From: a virus
Taxonomy: Duplodnaviria > Caudoviricetes
Strand: one strand, 5' to 3'
Length of the DNA: 64,000 nucleotides
IMG/VR virus record: IMGVR_UViG_2974723488_000001
Location: 9,899 to 73,898 of that record
Shown here: piece by piece, positions 58,254 through 64,000 of the stretch
Position numbering within the stretch: position 1 is the stretch's first letter
How the letters are laid out: each line of letters starts with the position of its first letter
The notes under the pieces: model-generated
What the model saw: the letters and a program-made list of their open reading frames with translations, nothing else
What the model was told of the DNA's origin: nothing
Databases searched by the model: none
Translations under genes and position numbers: made by a program

Positions 58254-59846
58254 TCACACGATATAGGATTGCAGGGCGTTGGTGTTGTCGTCCTGACGAG
58301 CCTCTTCCCAGATCACCTCATCGGGGTTCGGTGCAGTCGGTGTTTCACTGGGCTTCCACGGCTTGAGATAAGCCAGCATGGAAATGGTGTCGATGCAGTC
58401 ATCCTTGCCCTTGATGCCATTCTGGGTGATCAGACGAATCTGACCCATGAACAGCCCCATGATCTTGGAATCTTCCATCTCCTTGGGCCAGAAGAACTTG
58501 CCCATCTTGAACCAGGGAACAACCAGGTTGAACCGTGACAGCTTGTTGACTACCGGGCGGATACCCGGCTTGCCACTAGCCTCCGATGATGCGAAGGAAA
58601 AGAACTGGTTCCTCACCAGCATCTCATTCTGGATCCACTGGATGAAACCACCCTGTTGACCCGTGACTTCCACACCAACTTGTTGAGGCCGATATTCTTG
58701 TGCCAGTCGGAAGAGGTCATTGATGTTTTTATCCATCGTCTGACGCTCACACACCCCGTCCACCCAGAACCAGTCGCCTTGTGCATTGTACGCCCAGACA
58801 CTGATCACCGAATAGTCCGCCGTCTGCTTGTCAGAAGTGGCGAAGTCCGTGGTGATATAGAAGTTGAAGTTGTGCCGCATGCGCAAAAGCTGCGCACGGT
58901 TGTACCAGTTGATCTCCCCTTCCTGCACCAAACGCTCATCGTCGGAGGTGATTCGGAGCATCAATTCTTGGTAAAAAGCGGCCAATTTGCCCGTTCCTTT
59001 GGCCATTTGGTACTGGGAATTAATGTATTCGTAGCTGAAACGGTCCTCCCAGGCACCCACGAATTCCTCCTTTTTGCAGGGAAATTTCTCGCAGACGGGC
59101 CAAACGTTGACGTTCCACTCCCCCGATTCCACCGCTTCGATCAGGATATCGTCCTTATTGAAGGGGGTTCCATTGAAGATCACCTTACGTCGGGTAGGAT
59201 CCAGGGCATGGTTCACGCCCTTGTACACCGTGTCCTTGATCGCCTCCATGGCGGCCTTGGACTTGGAGTCATCGTCGCTTACCAAGTCGTCCAGGATACA
59301 AAGCACCGGGCGCTTACCGAAGATCTTGGTTCCCCGCAGACCCGTCTTGGCACCAAACATCTTCACCCCCAGTCGATGGCCAGAGGCAGACTGAAACTCC
59401 AAGTAGTTGTCCGTGAAGGATGCATGGGGGATCCACTTCTGAAGATACTCAGAGTTGTTGTACCGGAACTCAATGTTCTTCCGTGCAGACTTCACACCGT
59501 TGTCCATTGAGTCAGACACATAGATCATCCCGTCTACCTTACCCAGTCCGGGCAGTTCACCAAACATTGCCATGAACAGAGTGAAGTATTCCATGAAGAC
59601 AGCAGTCTTCCCTGCCCCACGGAAGCAAAGGTTGACAATGTAGTCCACCGGTTCAGTGATCTTGTCCAGCATCTTCAAGTGAACAGGGGGAGTCTTATGA
59701 CTCTCTCCTTGCTTACCGTTCACCAGCTTGATGAAGTTCATGAAGATGAGGGCGAACTCAGAGGGGACATACTGACTACCATTCAAGTAGCCGTAGTCCA
59801 CATTGTCCAACCACTCATCTAGTTCTTGCTTAACGAGACTCGACAT
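58254..59846 (-). CDS. terminase large subunit
   Basis: FRGAGKT, ILDDL, GTPF, TTDFATS, DDCIDT. Confidence 0.93.
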   Translation of the reverse strand: MSSLVKQELDEWLDNVDYGYLNGSQYVPSEFALIFMNFIKLVNGKQGESHKTPPVHLKMLDKITEPVDYIVNLCFRGAGKTAVFMEYFTLFMAMFGELPGLGKVDGMIYVSDSMDNGVKSARKNIEFRYNNSEYLQKWIPHASFTDNYLEFQSASGHRLGVKMFGAKTGLRGTKIFGKRPVLCILDDLVSDDDSKSKAAMEAIKDTVYKGVNHALDPTRRKVIFNGTPFNKDDILIEAVESGEWNVNVWPVCEKFPCKKEEFVGAWEDRFSYEYINSQYQMAKGTGKLAAFYQELMLRITSDDERLVQEGEINWYNRAQLLRMRHNFNFYITTDFATSDKQTADYSVISVWAYNAQGDWFWVDGVCERQTMDKNINDLFRLAQEYRPQQVGVEVTGQQGGFIQWIQNEMLVRNQFFSFASSEASGKPGIRPVVNKLSRFNLVVPWFKMGKFFWPKEMEDSKIMGLFMGQIRLITQNGIKGKDDCIDTISMLAYLKPWKPSETPTAPNPDEVIWEEARQDDNTNALQSYIV

Positions 59847-60513
59847 CTTCAACCTCACGAACCAGATTCGATCCAGTGATGACGGAGGTATTCACACCAT
59901 TCTGGATCAGAACTTGTTGTTGTTGAGCCAGTTGACGAAGGGTTGCTTGCATCTCTTCCATACCAGAGTTCTGGCGAAGATCCACATTGATGGCGACAGC
60001 CGCTTCTTTGGGCTTGGCCAAGTGGGTCAGAATGGAGTTGGCTGCATCACATCGTACCTTCTCACTGACTGCATTCTGCATCAGTTCGACCTGAACGTTG
60101 ATCGCCTTCTGGTAGTTGTCCTGGTTCACGATCCACATGGGAACCAAGGACTGCTCCATGATCAAGTTGACCAGCTTGCCCCGGTGGTAGGCCGAGACGT
60201 AGGCAGCGATGTCCTTGCTGGATACGCCACGGGCAACTAGAGCTTGTTCACGACCAGGGAACACCTTGAAGTAGGCGTCCTTGTTCGACAGGCCCATGTG
60301 CTTGTACGAGACATAGGCTACCGCATTGAGGTAGTCCTCGGTCTTGAACTTCCCCTCCTTCATCACATGGGCGAAGGAGATGAAGTTCTCACGGATGTGC
60401 TCTGCGGCCAGTTGGTCCTGGGTCACGTTGTTGACCAGATCCACGAACTCGGGAGTGACCGCTACCTTCAGGTTGGCAGGCAGAGCTTTGATGATTTGTT
60501 CTTGGGTCAGCAT
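59830..60513 (-). CDS. gp69-like protein (putative terminase small subunit)
   Basis: 227 aa directly upstream of TerL; SEKVRCDAANSILTHL. Confidence 0.78.
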   Translation of the reverse strand: MLTQEQIIKALPANLKVAVTPEFVDLVNNVTQDQLAAEHIRENFISFAHVMKEGKFKTEDYLNAVAYVSYKHMGLSNKDAYFKVFPGREQALVARGVSSKDIAAYVSAYHRGKLVNLIMEQSLVPMWIVNQDNYQKAINVQVELMQNAVSEKVRCDAANSILTHLAKPKEAAVAINVDLRQNSGMEEMQATLRQLAQQQQVLIQNGVNTSVITGSNLVREVEDVESR

Positions 60514-60540
60514 TTTTGCGTGCTCTCTATATATAGAGGG

Positions 60541-61026
60541 TTACCCCTGGCGAGCCATGTCCAACCGGATCTTCAGCACGGCGACGTACTCAGCCATGGC
60601 ATCCCGTTGCTTGGCCAGGATTTCCAGGTAGGAAGGTTCCATGAAGGAGGGCGGGTTGTTGAGCGTGGCGGTCAACGCCTCGAAGCGTTTCTTGGTTTGG
60701 GTGTACTCCTGAAGGAGTCGATCCACCCAGGTTTCGCCTTGGGATTGCTTTTCTTGGTGGAGACGCTCCGCCAGGAGAAGTCCGGCCAGGGGCCACGTCT
60801 TCTTGATCATGTCCGCGTAGGCGTACTCTTCACCGAGCTTCTCGTTGAAGTTCTCCTTGCAGACGCAGGAGCTTTCACCACGGACGGTGAATCCATTCTT
60901 CATGGTTCCCATGGCAATGGTGGTACGGCCATCCGGGAGCACCACGTAGATGACACTCTCAAACAAACCTCGTACTTCTTCCTCCGTCACTTTCGGTGCG
61001 GAGGGGGTGTGGCTGTGCTCACTCAT
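60541..61026 (-). CDS. N4 gp49/Sf6 gp66-family domain plus coiled-coil C-terminal domain
   Basis: NGFTVRGESSCVCKENFNEKLG...WPLAG motif; GAGGT SD. Confidence 0.8.
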   Translation of the reverse strand: MSEHSHTPSAPKVTEEEVRGLFESVIYVVLPDGRTTIAMGTMKNGFTVRGESSCVCKENFNEKLGEEYAYADMIKKTWPLAGLLLAERLHQEKQSQGETWVDRLLQEYTQTKKRFEALTATLNNPPSFMEPSYLEILAKQRDAMAEYVAVLKIRLDMARQG

Positions 61027-61201
61027 AATTACCTCTATTTTCTCGGTTGTTGGGTTGAGGGGGTTGTCTCCCTCATCAATCACGGTTAGACTTTAGCCTG
61101 ATTTTCGTCTCCCTTCAACTATAAGGACAGAGACGCGGGGATCCTATTGCTCGTTCATTTCATTCACTCACCAGGAGAGGGGATCCCCCCACCAAACCAT
61201 C

Positions 61202-61504
61202 ATGAGAGTTTTCTACCAACTGGATGGAACCAAGGCATGGAATGAATCCACCTTGGAGAAGTTTGCCCCCTTCGCTGGTGACTTCGTTATCTGCCACAGC
61301 CAGGACATCTACCACGAAATTGTGGGCCTTTACCTCATCCTTGGTACTGCCCAGCCCACTGTCATCTTCCCCAATGAACTCAACATTGAAGTCAAGAAGG
61401 GTGATCAGAACTTCATTCTCTATACCAAGAAGCCTCTTGGTGTTGACTATCCCGAGCGTTCCACCCGAGTGTCTATCTCCTTGGGTAAGGACTGGATCGA
61501 ATAA
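61202..61504 (+). CDS. small hypothetical protein, paralogue family member 1
   Basis: 100 aa; IVGLYLILGT motif. Confidence 0.7.
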   Translation: MRVFYQLDGTKAWNESTLEKFAPFAGDFVICHSQDIYHEIVGLYLILGTAQPTVIFPNELNIEVKKGDQNFILYTKKPLGVDYPERSTRVSISLGKDWIE

Positions 61505-61511
61505 GTAATAC

Positions 61512-61776
61512 CCAGTACACTCTGTGTACTGGTTGCAGGGAACTCTGAGCGACGATGCGATGAGCCATTCTCCCCAGGTACAGGTGGGAGCATCCTTTCG
61601 GGTTCTAGGATGGGGAAACAGTACCAGTGCAGGCCAAGACCGCCTCCTTTCCCTCAGCTCTGCTGAGGTCTCGATGCTTCGGCATCACAGGTTTGGTGAC
61701 TGCATAGTCTGGTCCACTACAGGACTTCTTCACAGGGGGGATCACTGGGTAACGACGGTGATCCCCTTATTTATTT
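61512..61776 (+). ncRNA. candidate structured RNA or structured leader
   Basis: Dense hairpins, including GATGC-TTCG-GCATC, ending in a terminator-like stem. Confidence 0.4.
61737..61776 (+). terminator. candidate terminator
   Basis: GGGGATCACTG-GGTAACGA-CGGTGATCCCC-TTATTTATTT. Confidence 0.65.
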
Positions 61777-61790
61777 CTAAGGAGACCCCC

Positions 61791-62261
61791 ATGGATCAAG
61801 ACTTGCTGGTGGATGTTTGGCATCTGCCCCTTCGCTATGACGGCCGTACCATGAGACGCTTCAAGGTCAACACCATCTACGAACTCGTGCAGCGGCGTAC
61901 AGGACTGCGCTCCACCATCTATCTTCCTGCTTCTGACTGGGGGCGGCTGATGATGGGCAGGAATATCATTGAAGATTGGGGCCTTTCCTTCTCCCTTCTT
62001 GAAGAAGGGCAGGTTTACAGGATCTACGACATGGATCTGTCCCAGACTCTCCCTGACATCAATCGCCCTGTCGTAGATGTTTTCTGGGCTGGTGGCTACG
62101 TGAATGATCTCCATTTCCGCCAGATAGATCGACCCCAAGACTTCCGCTACACCATTGAAATGGTGTACTCCACTCGCAGAAAGGTGACCCAATATGGACC
62201 TCTTGACCCTAAAACTGCACCGATTGGCCTATCAAGGTGGGGGCTTTCTGACCCACTCTGA
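61791..62261 (+). CDS. hypothetical protein
   Basis: TAAGGAG SD before ATG 61791; 156 aa. Confidence 0.75.
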   Translation: MDQDLLVDVWHLPLRYDGRTMRRFKVNTIYELVQRRTGLRSTIYLPASDWGRLMMGRNIIEDWGLSFSLLEEGQVYRIYDMDLSQTLPDINRPVVDVFWAGGYVNDLHFRQIDRPQDFRYTIEMVYSTRRKVTQYGPLDPKTAPIGLSRWGLSDPL

Positions 62262-62535
62262 GTGGGGAACCATGGAAGAGAACACTCGCTCCGGCGACAC
62301 AAACGTCCTCCTTCTGCCCCCTACTCCGGATGGCCATGCCATAGCAGGCATGCTTCTCATCGAAGGCATCCCGCTCACCCCCATCATTCTGGAGCCTTAC
62401 AAGCTCCTGAATATCCCCGGCCTCTTCTCTGGCAATCCTGCCTTCACCTACTTGGTTCCTCTCGAACACTTCCAAGTCTGGAGAACCAGGAAAGTCAACT
62501 ACCTGATCTATGCACCGGAGGGATGGCGAGGATGA
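62194..62535 (+). CDS. small hypothetical protein, paralogue family member 2
   Basis: AAGGTG SD; IAGMLLIEGI motif; alternative start 62272. Confidence 0.65.
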   Translation: MDLLTLKLHRLAYQGGGFLTHSEWGTMEENTRSGDTNVLLLPPTPDGHAIAGMLLIEGIPLTPIILEPYKLLNIPGLFSGNPAFTYLVPLEHFQVWRTRKVNYLIYAPEGWRG

Positions 62536-62831
62536 TTGAAGATCTCCTGTATGTCTGGTCCGGAGATGGCCGCTGCCACATCCGTGGTCCCTACCACTCT
62601 GCCAATCTCTCCGGCAATCTCCCTGTCTTAGTCCCTGCTGAACGCTGGGAAGAGTTCAAGGGAATGGCACTCATCACTGGTACCAACAACAATAACTTCT
62701 GGGGAGTACACCGAAAGAAATGGCTCATACTCCCCACTCGTACCGGCTCTCCCAAACTCCCTAACTTCTACACTGTTGGACTGAACTCCGACACTTGCCG
62801 TGTACTACTCGGTGAATTCTGGAGGGACTGA
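62532..62831 (+). CDS. small hypothetical protein, paralogue family member 3
   Basis: ATGA coupling; FKGMALITGT. Confidence 0.7.
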   Translation: MIEDLLYVWSGDGRCHIRGPYHSANLSGNLPVLVPAERWEEFKGMALITGTNNNNFWGVHRKKWLILPTRTGSPKLPNFYTVGLNSDTCRVLLGEFWRD

Positions 62832-62832
62832 T

Positions 62833-63168
62833 ATGTACGAAGACTTGGACTATTGGGGAATCTGGGGGTGTGAAGCCTACCTTGAAGGCTCCATTGGCCT
62901 GTTCTTGAACCAGTCCCTGAAGAAGACAGTCCCCGAAGAGATCATCATTCCGGCCAATGAAGTAGGTGATTGGATCAAAGGAATGCTGCTCATTCATGGA
63001 CTATCCAACAAGACTGTAGCTCTGAGCAATGTCAACCATGCTTACGACCTGCCCAGACAACATGGTCATGTTGGCCGCAGGGCTGTAGTCCTGGGCATGA
63101 CTCGCCAACAGTTTGGAGTGGGGAGGACGACTGTCTACCTTCTCTCAAACATGGAGCCAAGGAAATGA
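62833..63168 (+). CDS. small hypothetical protein, paralogue family member 4
   Basis: GGAGG SD; IKGMLLIHGL. Confidence 0.72.
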   Translation: MYEDLDYWGIWGCEAYLEGSIGLFLNQSLKKTVPEEIIIPANEVGDWIKGMLLIHGLSNKTVALSNVNHAYDLPRQHGHVGRRAVVLGMTRQQFGVGRTTVYLLSNMEPRK

Positions 63169-63521
63169 GCAACACAGACATCGCTGTGTGGGCCATGAAA
63201 GGCATTGGTTCCTGCTTCTACTTAGGAGAACTGAACCGTGTGGATCTATCCACTATGACCGATGCTCCTGTCTTTGTAGCAAAGGAACATCGACATTTGG
63301 TTCAAGGAATGTCACTCATCTTAGGGACCAGCATGGCTATCATTACTCCCAAAGAGGGAGTCATGTACCGTGTAGATAGGAAGCAAGGAACACTCCATTC
63401 AAGGTACTACCTGATAGGTATCCACCCCAATAATATGGAGCACTTCAAGAACCATGTGGGTATGAAGGGGGCATCATCCCCTGAGTGGATCTTTACCAGC
63501 AGAGAGCTTCCTCCTATTTAG
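63165..63521 (+). CDS. small hypothetical protein, paralogue family member 5
   Basis: ATGA coupling; VQGMSLILGT. Confidence 0.72.
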   Translation: MSNTDIAVWAMKGIGSCFYLGELNRVDLSTMTDAPVFVAKEHRHLVQGMSLILGTSMAIITPKEGVMYRVDRKQGTLHSRYYLIGIHPNNMEHFKNHVGMKGASSPEWIFTSRELPPI

Positions 63522-63584
63522 TTGCTTAGGATATGAGTGTGCTGCAAATTTTTGGCATGCTGAAAAAGTTGATAGTTAGGTACG

Positions 63585-63619
63585 GGTGTAGGGTATGTGT
63601 ACACGGTACACCCTACACC
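63585..63619. repeat. 10-bp inverted repeat near the inferred genome terminus
   Basis: GGTGTAGGGT-N15-ACCCTACACC, followed by a TACAC repeat and a C-run. Confidence 0.6.
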
Positions 63620-63675
63620 TTACACACCCCCCCGGGTGTCTCCACTATGTACACCATCTACCCACCCCATGTCTT

Positions 63676-63695
63676 AGACGCTCCGCGTCTTATGG
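63676..63695 (+). promoter_or_regulatory. vRNAP hairpin (early) promoter
   Basis: AGACGC-TCC-GCGTCT-TATGG; template strand loop C-GGA-G fits the C-GXA-G triloop rule of N4 vRNAP promoters; upstream of the gp1-like gene. Confidence 0.8.
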
Positions 63696-63731
63696 GTCTT
63701 TCATCCATCTATCTACTTAGGAGTATCCATC

Positions 63732-64000
63732 ATGTCCGTCGCTACCACTCGCGTTACCTTCGGTGCTGTCCTCGGTACCATCAACGAAGCTGCTACCACG
63801 GTGTCTTCCACCTTCGGTACTGCTACCAAAGCTGTCGGTATGCTCAACACTTTCGTGTCTGCTGCTGCTGACAAGCAAGCTCTGCGTACCAAAGTCGATC
63901 TTCATGAGTTCAAGACTCGGCTGATCGAAGAGAAGTCCATGGAAGAAGCTCGCCGTAAGGTGGCTATCGAAGACTTCTGCAAGGATCAAGTCAACGCGAA
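63732..64000 (+). CDS. early protein, N4 gp1-like (3'-truncated; absent from the ORF track)
   Basis: AGGAG SD; MSVATTRVTFGAVLGTINEAATTVSSTFGTATKAVGMLNTFV... stays open to the window end. Confidence 0.8.
   Translation, partial: MSVATTRVTFGAVLGTINEAATTVSSTFGTATKAVGMLNTFVSAAADKQALRTKVDLHEFKTRLIEEKSMEEARRKVAIEDFCKDQVNA

Noticed and set aside
61524-61790. Upstream extension of ORF 61791 to 245 aa
   Set aside because: No SD at the upstream start, a terminator-like stem intervenes, and a strong TAAGGAG precedes 61791.
1-64000. Integrase, alternative genetic code, introns/inteins, or a specific host assignment
   Set aside because: None is evident: genes read through in the standard code at expected sizes. 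Spanins indicate a Gram-negative host, but nothing more specific can be supported.

Overview
The window holds most of an N4-like podophage genome (Schitoviridae-type architecture), apparently circularly permuted. The + strand (1-26.4 kb) carries middle genes: HNH, AAA plus metallopeptidase/vWA, dCTP deaminase, thioredoxin, ThyX, rIIA/B, helicase, family A DNA polymerase, exonuclease, primase, SSB and RuvC-like resolvase. The - strand (26.4-61 kb) carries the 3437-aa virion RNA polymerase, ejection, head, portal, lysis, tail and terminase genes. A + strand cluster of small ORFs follows, then a hairpin promoter and an N4 gp1-like gene that runs off the end. The most unusual feature is a ~1.3 kb stretch at ~6110-7410 that lacks a credible ORF and is tiled with RNA helices. 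It contains two tRNA-shaped elements with intact D/T arms but rebuilt anticodon arms and distorted acceptor stems, plus orphan T-arms, T-loop-type hairpins, multiway junctions and candidate pseudoknots. Also notable are a tandem array of five divergent small paralogues sharing a G[ML]xLIxG motif, a second structured non-coding island at ~61.5-61.8 kb, and esterase-like and split-domain features in the tail sheath. N4 'gp' labels come from synteny, size and recalled motifs, not from a database search. All RNA pairings were made by eye.
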